DNA of 64,000 nt. Origin: an uncultured SAR116 cluster alpha proteobacterium. GTDB lineage: Bacteria > Pseudomonadota > Alphaproteobacteria > Puniceispirillales > Puniceispirillaceae. Below the pieces are notes generated by a model. That model had not been told where the DNA came from. It saw nothing but the letters and a program-made list of their open reading frames with translations, and ran no database searches. This document shows, in pieces, positions 29,271-39,872 of this stretch (position 1 is its first letter; each line of letters opens with the position of its first letter). The stretch is taken from NCBI GenBank assembly GCA_902622515.1, contig CACNQE010000008.1, positions 15,509 through 79,508 on the forward strand, in the 5' to 3' direction. Both the position numbers and the translations under genes were made by a program.

Positions 29271-30131
29271 TCATTTTTTGATATTTGCAATAAGTTCAGG
29301 GTCAAGTCGTTTATCTAGCCAGTTTATTCTCCAATCTAAGTGTGCTCCAGTCGAACGTCCAGTGGAGCCAACCGTACCTATCCTCTCCCCCCTATTAATA
29401 TTTTCTCCTTTTTGAACAGTTACTGTTTGAAGATGTGAGTAAGTGCTAGAAACATAGTCGCCATGTGAGATGATAATTGTCCAACCAGAAAAATATAAAT
29501 TCTCCACCATAACAACATGTCCAGATGCAGATGCTGTAACAGGTGTGCCAGCAGGAGCTCCTATATCAATACCAAAATGAGGTTGTCTGGACTTTCCATT
29601 TAAAATACGTTGGCTTCCATAGACACCTGTTATAATACCATTAAGGGGCCAGTCAAAACCATTCCTGAAATATTCAGTTGAATTACCTTTAATAGATCGC
29701 GCCTCTTTAACCATCTTACTTTCAATGGAAATTCGGTTCAGGGTGTTCTCGGGAGGTGTTACCATTTTATTTGGTAATTGATCAATTTTTTGTATTTTAT
29801 AATTTCGCCTCGTAGGTTTGAGTTCTATTGAAAATTGCGAACCATCTTGGCAGATTCCCGTTATGATTCTCACAGCTTGGTCATCTCTATGAAACCCAAC
29901 AACAAATCCACTCTCCTGATTTAAAGATACTAGTTTACTGTCTAGCTTAATCTTTGTCGCTTTCTTTGAATCGAAAAAAATTAACCCTCCTTGAATCGGC
30001 TCTCCTCTAATTACGCTGATGCATGCGTTTGCAGATTTGAAAGAAAATAAAAGACCTATAGAAAAAATAGATATCAAAATCACTAAATTATATAAAGTTT
30101 GCTTGAAGCAATCTGGGGTTATAGTTACCAT
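29271..30131 (-). CDS. M23 family metallopeptidase
   Basis: YGSQRILNG, HFGID (HxxxD), YSHL, TGRSTGAHLDW. N-terminal signal/TM segment. Confidence 0.92.
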   Translation of the reverse strand: MVTITPDCFKQTLYNLVILISIFSIGLLFSFKSANACISVIRGEPIQGGLIFFDSKKATKIKLDSKLVSLNQESGFVVGFHRDDQAVRIITGICQDGSQFSIELKPTRRNYKIQKIDQLPNKMVTPPENTLNRISIESKMVKEARSIKGNSTEYFRNGFDWPLNGIITGVYGSQRILNGKSRQPHFGIDIGAPAGTPVTASASGHVVMVENLYFSGWTIIISHGDYVSSTYSHLQTVTVQKGENINRGERIGTVGSTGRSTGAHLDWRINWLDKRLDPELIANIKK

Positions 30132-30198
30132 AGCAGTAAAATTTCCGTGATTTGGACTTTAAAGCGATTTCCAAAATAATATTTTAAGATAGTTGATT

Positions 30199-31137
30199 AT
30201 GACACATTTGCATGAAAAAATAATAATTATTGGTGCAGGTGCTGCTGGATATACGGCAGCGATATATGCTGCTAGAGCAAATTTATCCCCAGTTATTCTT
30301 GCTGGACTGCAACCTGGCGGCCAACTTACGATCACTACTGACGTTGAAAATTATCCCGGATTTTCAGACGTGATTCAGGGTCCATGGTTAATGCAGGAAA
30401 TGCAGAAGCAGGCAGAAAAAGTTGGTGCTCGAGTAGTATATGATATTGCGACTTCAATAAATGCTTCATCAAGCCCAATGCAAATCAGCCTTGATGGAGG
30501 GGATATTTTAACAGCTGAATCTATTGTGATTGCTACTGGTGCGCAAGCCCGGTGGCTTGGGCTGGAAAGTGAAACAATTTTTAATGGGAGGGGTGTTTCT
30601 GCATGCGCAACATGCGATGGATTTTTTTATAAAGACCGCGATGTTGTGGTTATTGGAGGTGGAAATACAGCAGTAGAAGAAGCCCTATATTTGTCAAATT
30701 TATGTAAGTCAGTAACTTTAATCCATCGTCGTGACACACTCCGCGCCGAGCAAATCCTTCAGGAACGTATTTTTAAACAGCCTAATATTTCTGTAGAATG
30801 GAATTATACGGTAACAGAAATATTAGGCAATGACGATGGCGTAAATGCAGTCTCTCTTAAATCTACAAAAAATGATGATGAAAAGAAAATTAGCACACAT
30901 GGAGTATTCGTGGCAATTGGACACGACCCTGCAACAAAGCCCTTCAAGAATATACTAGAGTTAGATGATGAAGGATATATTAAGGTTAAATCTGGTACAA
31001 CATTAACTTCAAAAAGCGGTATATTTGCTGCTGGGGATTGTGTTGATAAGGTATATCGACAGGCTGTAACGGCTGCTGGAATGGGTTGTATGGCGGCATT
31101 AGATGCAGAAAAATACTTAGCCTCTATACATTACTAA
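30199..31137 (+). CDS. trxB: Thioredoxin-disulfide reductase
   Basis: GAGAAG, GGQL, CATCDG, GGGNTA, HRR, GIFAAGD, RQA.TAAG.G. Confidence 0.97.
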   Translation: MTHLHEKIIIIGAGAAGYTAAIYAARANLSPVILAGLQPGGQLTITTDVENYPGFSDVIQGPWLMQEMQKQAEKVGARVVYDIATSINASSSPMQISLDGGDILTAESIVIATGAQARWLGLESETIFNGRGVSACATCDGFFYKDRDVVVIGGGNTAVEEALYLSNLCKSVTLIHRRDTLRAEQILQERIFKQPNISVEWNYTVTEILGNDDGVNAVSLKSTKNDDEKKISTHGVFVAIGHDPATKPFKNILELDDEGYIKVKSGTTLTSKSGIFAAGDCVDKVYRQAVTAAGMGCMAALDAEKYLASIHY

Positions 31138-31179
31138 ATAAAGGGTTTTCATTGGAGTATTACTTCAAAAGTAGGCTTC

Positions 31180-32403
31180 TTAAGCTGTAGCTGGTTCTCT
31201 AAACTTTGGGATCTGAATAAAGAAATTAATGGCACTCGCAAAAATACCGGCACAAATAGCAATACTCCACATTGTAAGATAGCTACCAGATGAATCATAG
31301 ATATAACCAGCATACCAAGCTCCAAAAAATGAGCCTACCTGATGAGACAAGAATACTATCCCGTATAACATGGTAACATGCTTTGGTCCAAAAAATACCA
31401 CAACTAGTCCACTCGTAAGGGGAACGGTACCCAGCCATAAAAGTCCTATTGCTGCTCCAAAAAACAATGCCATAACGGAAGAAGGTGGCATAAATACAAA
31501 TAAAGCAATAACAATTGACCTAAGTAGATAAATACATGAAAGAAGGTTTTTTTTAGAATACTTTCCTCCTAAATATCCGGCTGTAAACGAGCCAATAATA
31601 TTAAATAATCCCACAAGTGCGAGGGCCCAGCCTCCAGTGGACTTACTCAACCCAATATCTATGATATATGTTGGAAGATGCGTTGCGATAAATGCAACAT
31701 GTAATCCACACACAAAAAAGCCGGTTGTTAGTAATAAGTAATTCTTATCTTTAAAAGCAGCTGATAGAGCTTGCTTCGCAGTAATTGTATCTGCAAGCTC
31801 TGCCGATGAAGTGCGTTGTCCTTTCGGCACTCTTAGGCCGAATGAAAAAACAGTAACAAAAGCAATACAAATAGCAAGCACTACATAAGCTAATTGCCAT
31901 CCAAAGTTGGATAAAAGAGCTTGGCTAAATGGTAACATCATAAACTGTCCAAAAGAACCTATGGCTGTAACCAATCCAAGTGCAATTCCAGTTTTTTCTT
32001 TTGGAGCCACCTTAGCAACGGCACCTAAAGCAACGGACATACCAGCGCTTGCAAGTGCCATTCCTACTAAAATCTGTCCTATAATTAGAGTTGTAGGGTT
32101 TAAAAAACCAGCCATAAGAAGTAAACCAAGTATATAGAACAAACCACCAGCCAAACAAACGCGGGCTGGGCCATATTTATCTGCCATTGCTCCAAAAACT
32201 GGCGCTGCAATTCCCCAGGTTAAATTTTGAAGTGCAATTGCAAGTGAAAATAAGGTCCTACCCTCGCCAAGCACATCGCTAACAGGTAATAAAAATAAGC
32301 CAAAACTTTGTCGTATGCCCATTCCAACAGAAATGATAATTCCACTTGAAATTAGAACAACAACCCAATTTAACTTTGGTGAGTGAGTTGGATAAAGGGA
32401 CAC
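31180..32403 (-). CDS. MFS transporter
   Basis: About 12 TMs, GIRQSFGLF, GAMADKYG motif A, GFFVCG.H, HQVGSF.G. Confidence 0.92.
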   Translation of the reverse strand: MSLYPTHSPKLNWVVVLISSGIIISVGMGIRQSFGLFLLPVSDVLGEGRTLFSLAIALQNLTWGIAAPVFGAMADKYGPARVCLAGGLFYILGLLLMAGFLNPTTLIIGQILVGMALASAGMSVALGAVAKVAPKEKTGIALGLVTAIGSFGQFMMLPFSQALLSNFGWQLAYVVLAICIAFVTVFSFGLRVPKGQRTSSAELADTITAKQALSAAFKDKNYLLLTTGFFVCGLHVAFIATHLPTYIIDIGLSKSTGGWALALVGLFNIIGSFTAGYLGGKYSKKNLLSCIYLLRSIVIALFVFMPPSSVMALFFGAAIGLLWLGTVPLTSGLVVVFFGPKHVTMLYGIVFLSHQVGSFFGAWYAGYIYDSSGSYLTMWSIAICAGIFASAINFFIQIPKFREPATA

Positions 32404-32465
32404 AAAAAAGCCTATCTAAAATAAAGATTTAATCAACCCACATTCACAAAATAAATAAAACCTGT

Positions 32466-33410
32466 CTAGTAAATTTTCTGAGAGGAATTTATTTGATGTT
32501 GCTTTGATTTTAGCTCTCTTTTAGATCTTTCAATATTTTGGATTACTGAAGATACATATTCTGCAATTGTTTTGCTATCTTTACCGCTATCACAAAATGT
32601 AATGCCTCTAGATGAATTGACAATTCCACCTTGATAGATTTTTTGTTCTTTAGAATAATTTAATCCACAAAGTGCCATCGATGCGTCCGCCCCCTGCGCT
32701 CCAAATCCAGGTATAAGAAAAGGACAAGATGGTAAAACACCTCTTAAAAACGAAGCCACTGATGGATTTGTCGCTCCAACTACCACCCCTATAGAGGACC
32801 ATCCTGTTTTTCCGTTATGTGAATTAATAATTGGGGAAAGCCTATCTGCTAAATGTTGGTAGATTGGCTTATTTTGGTAACATAATTCCTGTAAATCGGA
32901 AGAACCTGGATTGCTAGTCTTGAGAAGAATAAATAAACCATTATTCCCTTTTTTAGCTTTTTCTATAAAAGGTTCCAATGTATCAAGCCCAAGAAATGGA
33001 TTGACGGTAAGAGCATCACAATAAAAAGCTGCATTTTCACCAAGCCAGGCATCTGCATATGCGGCAGATGTTGAGCCAATATCACCTCTTTTTGCATCCA
33101 TAATTGCCAGTAAACCGGCACTCCTTGCATTCTTGCCAATTTGCTGAAGAACTTCCATTCCTTCGGGTCCAAATTTCTCAAATAAAGCAACTTGTGGTTT
33201 TATCGCGGGGACTCGATTTTGTGCTGCATCTATACAAGACAATGAAAAAGATTTTATTTTATCTATCTGCTGCTTTCTATTAGGACTTTTAAAAAATTCT
33301 GGCATTAAAGAAATATGGGGGTCTATACCAACGCATAAAGGCGTTTCAAATTTTTTAAGTGCTATTGATAGTCTATCTCCAAACGGTTGTTTGTGCTTGT
33401 AATCCATCAT
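32466..33410 (-). CDS. pyrF: Orotidine-5'-phosphate decarboxylase (subfamily 2)
   Basis: LCVGIDP, AIKPQ.A.FE, DAKRGDIGST, TSNPGS, VVGAT, LIPGFGAQG, NSSR. Confidence 0.95.
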   Translation of the reverse strand: MMDYKHKQPFGDRLSIALKKFETPLCVGIDPHISLMPEFFKSPNRKQQIDKIKSFSLSCIDAAQNRVPAIKPQVALFEKFGPEGMEVLQQIGKNARSAGLLAIMDAKRGDIGSTSAAYADAWLGENAAFYCDALTVNPFLGLDTLEPFIEKAKKGNNGLFILLKTSNPGSSDLQELCYQNKPIYQHLADRLSPIINSHNGKTGWSSIGVVVGATNPSVASFLRGVLPSCPFLIPGFGAQGADASMALCGLNYSKEQKIYQGGIVNSSRGITFCDSGKDSKTIAEYVSSVIQNIERSKRELKSKQHQINSSQKIY

Positions 33411-33416
33411 AAAAAC

Positions 33417-33698
33417 TTAAATATCCTGGTTTGTGTTTGGTATTTCAATTAACCCAACAGCCGCTCGGTAACTTGATAATAAAATATCCTGTTCTGCGAG
33501 AACTTCTTTATCGAGCCCTCGCATTTTAATTATCTGACGCATAATTTTGGGCTCAAAACCAGTCGCGCGAGCTTCTGAGTATATATCACGTATGTCTGCC
33601 ATAAGTGCCCTTTTATCTTCTTCCAAGCGCTCTATACGCTCAATAAATTGTGATAGTTGATTTACGCTTGTTTTAGCAGATGGTGTTAACTCAGGCAT
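33417..33698 (-). CDS. gapR: DUF2312 (GapR-like) nucleoid-associated protein
   Basis: QL..FIERIERLEEDK....DI...Y.EA...GF..K.MRQIIKMR. Confidence 0.88.
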   Translation of the reverse strand: MPELTPSAKTSVNQLSQFIERIERLEEDKRALMADIRDIYSEARATGFEPKIMRQIIKMRGLDKEVLAEQDILLSSYRAAVGLIEIPNTNQDI

Positions 33699-33737
33699 AC
33701 TTAAAAACCCTTTTTCGATTTATAAATTTTTCTAACT

Positions 33738-34016
33738 TTAGATTTCATTTTCAGTTTGATAATTTTTTTTCCATTCAGAGTAGGGCATCCCATAAATAAT
33801 AGCTCTTGCTTCTTCTTTGGATAAAGGGATATCTTTTTCGGTAGCAGCATCTTGATACCAACCTGAAAGACAATTTCTACAAAATCCTGCTAAATTCATA
33901 AGATCAATATTTTGAACATCTGTTCTTTTTCTAAGATGTTCTAAAAGTTGGCGAAACGCCGCTGCTTGGCATTCGATTTCTTTTTGGTTAAACTGGATAC
34001 TAATTTTTTTATTCAT
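33738..34016 (-). CDS. DUF1244 protein
   Basis: AAAFR.LLEHLR.RTDVQNIDLMNLAGFCRNCLS.W...IYGMPY.EWK. ATG 34016 with AGGA RBS. Confidence 0.92.
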   Translation of the reverse strand: MNKKISIQFNQKEIECQAAAFRQLLEHLRKRTDVQNIDLMNLAGFCRNCLSGWYQDAATEKDIPLSKEEARAIIYGMPYSEWKKNYQTENEI

Positions 34017-34213
34017 AGTATAGATTCCTGGTAAAAAGTGCATGTGAGTGTAATATTATGATGCCACAATATCATATTTTGATAACTTATGTGATTAATT
34101 CATCCTGATTTGCGCTAAAACATTAAAAAGATTTTATGGAGAAGAGACTTAAAAAACTTTGCTAATACTGATAAGTTTTTATATTGTTGTTTTGTATCAA
34201 ACAAGAGGCATGA

Positions 34214-34645
34214 ATGAAAAAAGAGCCCCTAATTACTGAAGCTCAAAGTGCAGACAAGTTTGAGCGTATAAGACGCGCACACCAATCGGAAATTGCAGAA
34301 GATTATGTTGAGATGATTTCAGATTTAATCGACGAAACAGGAGAAGCTCGGGCCGTGGATTTGGCATCACGTTTTGGTGTTACTAGTCCAACGGTGAATG
34401 CAACCATTCAAAGGCTACAAAAAGAAGGTCTTGTTGAGAGCAAGCCGTATCGGTCAATTTTTTTAACTGAAACAGGTGTTAAATTAGCAGAAGCTAGCCG
34501 TAAGAAGCATCAAGTTGTTCGTGATTTTCTAATTGCTATTGGAGTTAATGATGATGTTGCAGAACAGGACGCAGAGGGTGTGGAACATCACGTGAGTGAG
34601 GAGACATTGTCTAAATTCAAAGAATTTCTTAAGATAAAGTCATGA
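34214..34645 (+). CDS. mntR: Manganese-responsive DtxR-family regulator MntR
   Basis: AH..EIAEDYVE.I.DLI...GEAR, PYRSIFLT, DAEGVEHHVS. Confidence 0.9.
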   Translation: MKKEPLITEAQSADKFERIRRAHQSEIAEDYVEMISDLIDETGEARAVDLASRFGVTSPTVNATIQRLQKEGLVESKPYRSIFLTETGVKLAEASRKKHQVVRDFLIAIGVNDDVAEQDAEGVEHHVSEETLSKFKEFLKIKS

Positions 34646-34700
34646 GGTTTTGTTGAACCTGAAAAATTTCCAAAGTAAAATTTTAACCAAGATGGTTTTA

Positions 34701-36194
34701 TTAATTACTTCCCAGATAGAAATAGTAATTTCTATATTTATCTCTGGCAATTTGATGATTAGAGGTTCCCATCAAACCATTCCACTGAACACCAGCTATT
34801 GATGGCTCAATTTGGTCTGTAGTTATTGCAATAATTGGTGAGGGGAATTCACTATTATAGCTAAATTTAAGTTCAAAATGGTTACCAGGTTTTTTGTCAT
34901 CATCATAGATTGTAATATTTACAGGTTCATTAAAAAAGTACCACTTTAAAATAGCAGCGGTTGCCCTTCTATCAGCGATAATTGTCCTTGCCTCGGTTAA
35001 ATCAATTTGCATGCCAAGGTCCGTTGATAGTGCATTCCATCCTCTAACTCGCCTCAATGGGTCAGATTCAGGTGTAAGTTTTCCTAAATGACCAGTAATG
35101 ACCACGCTAATTACTGTAATGGATATAACAGAGTTAACAAAAATAGTTATTGCACCGAATGTTTGCTTCGAAAAATTACCAAGCCAGCCGGCCACCATTA
35201 AAGTTGCAGCGGGATATGCAGCAACAGCCCAATTAGCATTTGCTTCTTTTATGTAGGCTTGAATAGATATAATTAATAGAATAGGGAGACTAAAACAGAG
35301 TAAAAATAAGTTATGTTTTTCCCATTTAAACATTCCTACAAAAAAGAAAATCAGACTGAGAGGACCGAATACAAAGAATTGTGCTTCCCAGAATTTTTTC
35401 AATTCAATGAAAGAATAAGATGGTTGACTTATATTAGCATTCTCAGACAAATGTATAATTGTCACTAAGCCATTATTCAAATTCCAGATAAGATTAGGAG
35501 ATAGTATTATAATACTACCAATAGTTAATGTTACAAAACACAAAAATCTTTTTGAATATGATGATACATGAGCTGACATTAACCAAAGACCTGCGCAAAT
35601 GAGGAAGTATCCAGCTGCATATTTGGAAAGTAGAGCGAAGCCTATTATGAAACCAGTGAGTAGATAATTTCGTGCGGATAGATATGTCACAGAATTTGAG
35701 GGTAGAATTAAGTATAATGCTAAGCACCAAAAAAATAACATTGGTGTATCCGTTGACATGATCGAGCTACCTAGACTGACAGCTGGCATAAGTGCCCATA
35801 ATAATGCTGTTATTCTTCCAATTCTTGGAGCCGTTGGAGAGTCATCATATAAACGACATGCGCATCTCCATAGGGTTAGTGTAATGAAAAAATGTATTAT
35901 CGGTGCAAATATTCTAACGCCAAAACTGCTATGTCCTATAGCTGCGTGGGTAATCCATATAATCCAAGCTATCAATGGTGGTTTTGAATAATATCCCAAT
36001 GATAAGTCCTGACTCCAAACCCAATATTGAGCTTCATCGACGCCGAGTTCCAGTGGAGTTACATAAATGGCAAAAAGGCGGAGGGTCAGTAAGCAAATTA
36101 AAGTAATTAATGTGAATATGTCCGCATTTGTCCAATCATAAGATGAATGAACCTTATTTCTTTGCATTAAATTAGTTTGAAACCGAGTAACCAT
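34701..36194 (-). CDS. ArnT/GT39 family (GT-C) membrane glycosyltransferase
   Basis: DEAQYW.WS..L..GYYSKPPLIAW, STDTP, LSKY, PNLIWN, ANANWA. Confidence 0.88.
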   Translation of the reverse strand: MVTRFQTNLMQRNKVHSSYDWTNADIFTLITLICLLTLRLFAIYVTPLELGVDEAQYWVWSQDLSLGYYSKPPLIAWIIWITHAAIGHSSFGVRIFAPIIHFFITLTLWRCACRLYDDSPTAPRIGRITALLWALMPAVSLGSSIMSTDTPMLFFWCLALYLILPSNSVTYLSARNYLLTGFIIGFALLSKYAAGYFLICAGLWLMSAHVSSYSKRFLCFVTLTIGSIIILSPNLIWNLNNGLVTIIHLSENANISQPSYSFIELKKFWEAQFFVFGPLSLIFFFVGMFKWEKHNLFLLCFSLPILLIISIQAYIKEANANWAVAAYPAATLMVAGWLGNFSKQTFGAITIFVNSVISITVISVVITGHLGKLTPESDPLRRVRGWNALSTDLGMQIDLTEARTIIADRRATAAILKWYFFNEPVNITIYDDDKKPGNHFELKFSYNSEFPSPIIAITTDQIEPSIAGVQWNGLMGTSNHQIARDKYRNYYFYLGSN

Positions 36195-36388
36195 AATTTT
36201 TGTCTTAGTATTTGCTTTAAAAGGTTTAATAAAAAATAATGAAATTTATATTGATAATGCCTTTTTTAAAAATAATTTTAATGTTCACATGAAAATAAGA
36301 TAAAATCAAATTAGCTTTTAAAATTAAATGAGTTCTAATTTTAATAACGTATTTTTTTTTAAATTTTTAAATCCATCGGTGAGTTTTT

Positions 36389-36808
36389 ATGAAAAAGAGT
36401 ATTTCAATTGAGATAAACGAGATAATAGAGGAATTTTCATTTTTTGATGATTGGGCTGATAGGTACCAACATTTAATTGATCTTGGAAGAAAGTTGCCTG
36501 TTATTCCTACTGAATATCAAAAAGACGAATATAAGTTGACAGGTTGCCAGTCTACGGTATTTTTTGTAGCTGATAAGACAGATGAAAATATGATAGAGTT
36601 TAGAGCACAGTCTGATGCTGCAATAGTACAAGGTCTTATTGCGCTAATTCTTCGAGTTTATTCAGGCCGTACCTCTAATGAAATTTTAAATACGAGCCCT
36701 GATTTTCTGAAACAAATTGGGCTTGATACGCATTTATCACCCACACGAAAAAATGGTTTAGGTGCAATGATTTCAAAAATCAAATCATCTGCAGTTGAAT
36801 TAAACTAA
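36389..36808 (+). CDS. sufE: SufE Fe-S sulfur acceptor protein
   Basis: DDWADRY..LIDLGRKL, GCQS, SDAAIVQGL, LSPTRKNG. Confidence 0.95.
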   Translation: MKKSISIEINEIIEEFSFFDDWADRYQHLIDLGRKLPVIPTEYQKDEYKLTGCQSTVFFVADKTDENMIEFRAQSDAAIVQGLIALILRVYSGRTSNEILNTSPDFLKQIGLDTHLSPTRKNGLGAMISKIKSSAVELN

Positions 36809-36889
36809 AATATTTGGTCTTTAGGTATATCTTACTGTGAAAAGTTTAAACTCCTTGGAATTTGTTTCTTCATCAAATAGCTTTTTAAA

Positions 36890-37882
36890 TTAATTTGTCT
36901 CTCGTTCCGCTCTTGGAGTGCATCCGTAGCTCTCACGATAGCATTTTGAAAAATGTGAAGCGGAAATAAATCCACAAGCAAGGGCAACGGATAAAATCGA
37001 CATTGAAGTTTGACGGAGAAAATATCGGGCTCTTGCCAGACGCAAATTCAGATAGTGTCTAGTAGGAGTTATTTGCATATACTTTTTAAATAATCGCTCT
37101 AATTGTCGAGTCGATAGTTTAGCCTGTTCCGCAAGTTCGGTTTGAGATAGCGGCTCCTCTAAATTTGCCTCCATATTAGCAACTACCATTAAAAGTTTAG
37201 GATGAGATACACCAAGTCGAGAACGTAATTCAATTCGTTGACGATCATTACCATCTCGGATTCTATCATGAATGAAAGTTTCGGAAATTTCTGCTGCTAA
37301 TTTTGCTCCATGGGCGTGTGAAATTAAATATAACATCATATCAAGTGCCGCTGTACCCCCACAACAGGTTATGTGTGTTCCATCAATCTCAAACAGGTTG
37401 TTAGTAATATCTAGGTGCGGGAATTCTTCCCGCATCGCATCAATATTTTCCCAATGAATTGTACATCTTTTTTCATTTAGCATCCCTGCTTTTGCTAGAA
37501 CAAAAGTTCCACTGCAAATCGCGCCCACGGTAATACCATTACGCTCTAATTTTCTTACTATCGAGATTGTGGTCTTATCTGTGTGTTTTTCTACATTCGT
37601 GCCACTGCAAATCAAAACAAATCTGCATTTAAATAAATCGTTAATGTCCCCACTTACAGACACCTCTAGGCCCGTTGATGACTCAACACTTTTATTAGAT
37701 ATATGAGTGGTTACCCAACTGAATAGCGGTTTTTCACTCAACCGGTTTGCCGCACGTAGCGGTTCTACCGCAGCTGAAAAAGCGAGTAACGAAAAATCTT
37801 TCAACATAAAAAACCCTACCCTGACCGTTTCAGAATCAGAACGAGGTCTCAACAGTTCCTTAATTATTTCGCCCCTCAACAA
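36890..37882 (-). CDS. GlxA/GbdR-family (GATase1-AraC) transcriptional regulator
   Basis: EPLRAANR, ICSG...LAKAG, CTIHWE, TCCGG.A.LD, LSTRQLERLF, CGF.SASHFSKCYR. TTG start with GGAGG RBS. Confidence 0.93.
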   Translation of the reverse strand: MLRGEIIKELLRPRSDSETVRVGFFMLKDFSLLAFSAAVEPLRAANRLSEKPLFSWVTTHISNKSVESSTGLEVSVSGDINDLFKCRFVLICSGTNVEKHTDKTTISIVRKLERNGITVGAICSGTFVLAKAGMLNEKRCTIHWENIDAMREEFPHLDITNNLFEIDGTHITCCGGTAALDMMLYLISHAHGAKLAAEISETFIHDRIRDGNDRQRIELRSRLGVSHPKLLMVVANMEANLEEPLSQTELAEQAKLSTRQLERLFKKYMQITPTRHYLNLRLARARYFLRQTSMSILSVALACGFISASHFSKCYRESYGCTPRAERETN

Positions 37883-38125
37883 AAACCTCCTAGTTGCAAG
37901 TTAATAAGTTGTTTCATTACCTTGTAGTTTAGTAAAGTGACTCTATAATCTTAATAATTTATTATTGCATGATAAATATAATTCTAAGGGCGCTTTTTGA
38001 TTACTTCATGTCGAATAAAAAACGTCAATGAATAGTAAAGAGCTTACACCCGAAGTATGCAAAATAAAAACTAATTTTTATTTTGTAAAATCTATTCTAG
38101 TTCAATCCTACTAGAGGAAATATAA

Positions 38126-39793
38126 ATGAGTGATATAGAAATTGCCCGTAGTGCAACTTTAAAGCCGATTTCCGAGATTGCGGATAGTCTTAATATACCA
38201 AGTAAAGTAGTGATGCCCTTAGGTTATGACAAAGCGAAATTGAACCTTGAATGGTTAGATGAGCAACCTAAGAAGGATGATTCTAAACTTATATTGGTTA
38301 CTGCAATAAATCCTACACCTGCTGGCGAAGGTAAAACCACGACGTCTGTAGGACTAGGAGATGGTTTAAACCGAATTGGGAAAAAAGCAATTATCTGCCT
38401 TCGTGAACCTTCTCTTGGTCCCTGTTTTGGTATGAAAGGGGGCGCTGCAGGGGGTGGTTATTCTCAAGTTGTGCCAATGGAGGATATTAACCTGCATTTT
38501 ACGGGGGACTTTCATGCTATTACTTCTGCCCATAATTTACTCTCAGCTATGATTGATAATCATATTTATTGGGGAAATGAGCTAAATATTGATATTAGAA
38601 GAATTGCGTGGCGGCGCGTAATTGATATGAATGACCGAGCATTGAGGATGAATACAATATCTCTTGGCGGCATTGCAAATGGATTCCCAAGGGAATCTGG
38701 ATTTGATATTACTGTAGCTTCTGAGATTATGGCTATTTTGTGCCTTTCGAATGACCTTAAGGATCTAAGGCTGAGACTAGGTAATATAATAATTGGATAT
38801 CGCCGTGATAAATCTGCCGTTTATTGCAGGGATATCAGGGCAGATGGCGCAATGACAGTGCTACTAAAAAATGCTTTGCAGCCAAATTTAGTTCAAACAT
38901 TAGAATCAAATCCCGCTCTCATCCATGGTGGACCCTTTGCAAATATTGCACATGGATGTAATTCTGTCATTGCAACAAAAGCTGCACTAAAGTTGGTAGA
39001 TTATGTTGTCACTGAGGCTGGTTTTGGTGCCGACTTAGGAGCAGAGAAATTCTTTGATATAAAATGTCGCAAATCTGGATTGACTCCATCTTGCGTTGTC
39101 CTTGTAGCCACTGCAAGAGCTCTTAAAATGAACGGTGGTGTTAGTAAGGAAGATTTAAAAAATGAGAATTTAGATGCGGTTCAGAGGGGGAGTTCTAACC
39201 TTATAAGGCATCTTGAAAATATTCGTAAGTTTGGTGTTCCAGTTGTTGTAGCAATAAACCATTTTTTGACTGACACGAATAATGAAATTGAACTTATAAA
39301 GAAAATTGTCCATAAAGTTGGCGTGCAGGCTGTTGAGTGCAAGCACTGGGCTAACGGTTCAAAAGGAATAGAAGAACTAGCAAAAAAGGTGGTTGAAGTC
39401 TGTGATAATGAAGAGGCAGATTTCAAATATCTTTATACAGATTCAATGCCGCTTATTGAAAAAATAAAAAAGATCGCAACTGAAATATACCATGCAGATG
39501 AGGTTGTAACTGACAAGAAAATTCTGAAACAACTCACTGAATGGGAAGAGAATGGTTTTGGTGATTTACCAGTTTGCATGGCGAAGACACAATATTCTTT
39601 TTCTGCTGATCCGGGGTTGCTCGGTGCACCTGAAGGTCATAGTTTGCCCATACGTGAGGTAAGATTATGTGCTGGCGCAGGATTTATAGTTGTTGTATGT
39701 GGAGATATCATGACTATGCCAGGGCTGCCTCGTGCTCCCGCGGCTGAGATGATAGACATTAGTGATCAAGGGCAGGTTACAGGTCTCTTTTAA
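38126..39793 (+). CDS. fhs: Formate--tetrahydrofolate ligase
   Basis: [60 protein letters not shown]. Confidence 0.98.
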   Translation: MSDIEIARSATLKPISEIADSLNIPSKVVMPLGYDKAKLNLEWLDEQPKKDDSKLILVTAINPTPAGEGKTTTSVGLGDGLNRIGKKAIICLREPSLGPCFGMKGGAAGGGYSQVVPMEDINLHFTGDFHAITSAHNLLSAMIDNHIYWGNELNIDIRRIAWRRVIDMNDRALRMNTISLGGIANGFPRESGFDITVASEIMAILCLSNDLKDLRLRLGNIIIGYRRDKSAVYCRDIRADGAMTVLLKNALQPNLVQTLESNPALIHGGPFANIAHGCNSVIATKAALKLVDYVVTEAGFGADLGAEKFFDIKCRKSGLTPSCVVLVATARALKMNGGVSKEDLKNENLDAVQRGSSNLIRHLENIRKFGVPVVVAINHFLTDTNNEIELIKKIVHKVGVQAVECKHWANGSKGIEELAKKVVEVCDNEEADFKYLYTDSMPLIEKIKKIATEIYHADEVVTDKKILKQLTEWEENGFGDLPVCMAKTQYSFSADPGLLGAPEGHSLPIREVRLCAGAGFIVVVCGDIMTMPGLPRAPAAEMIDISDQGQVTGLF

Positions 39794-39872
39794 TTGAGTT
39801 AATCTAACGAGGCCGATAAATATTAGTTTGCAAGCTAGGTTGATAGTGTTTAGTTTGGTATGTGGTAGTATA

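Noticed and set aside
34044..34213. yybP-ykoY or SAM-II/V riboswitch upstream of mntR or DUF1244
   Set aside because: Only short word matches (CTGATTT, GCTAAAA) without the required helices.
36322..36342. Irr/ICE-like box upstream of sufE
   Set aside because: Only one half-site resembles TTCTAAA, which is expected by chance in this very AT-rich spacer.
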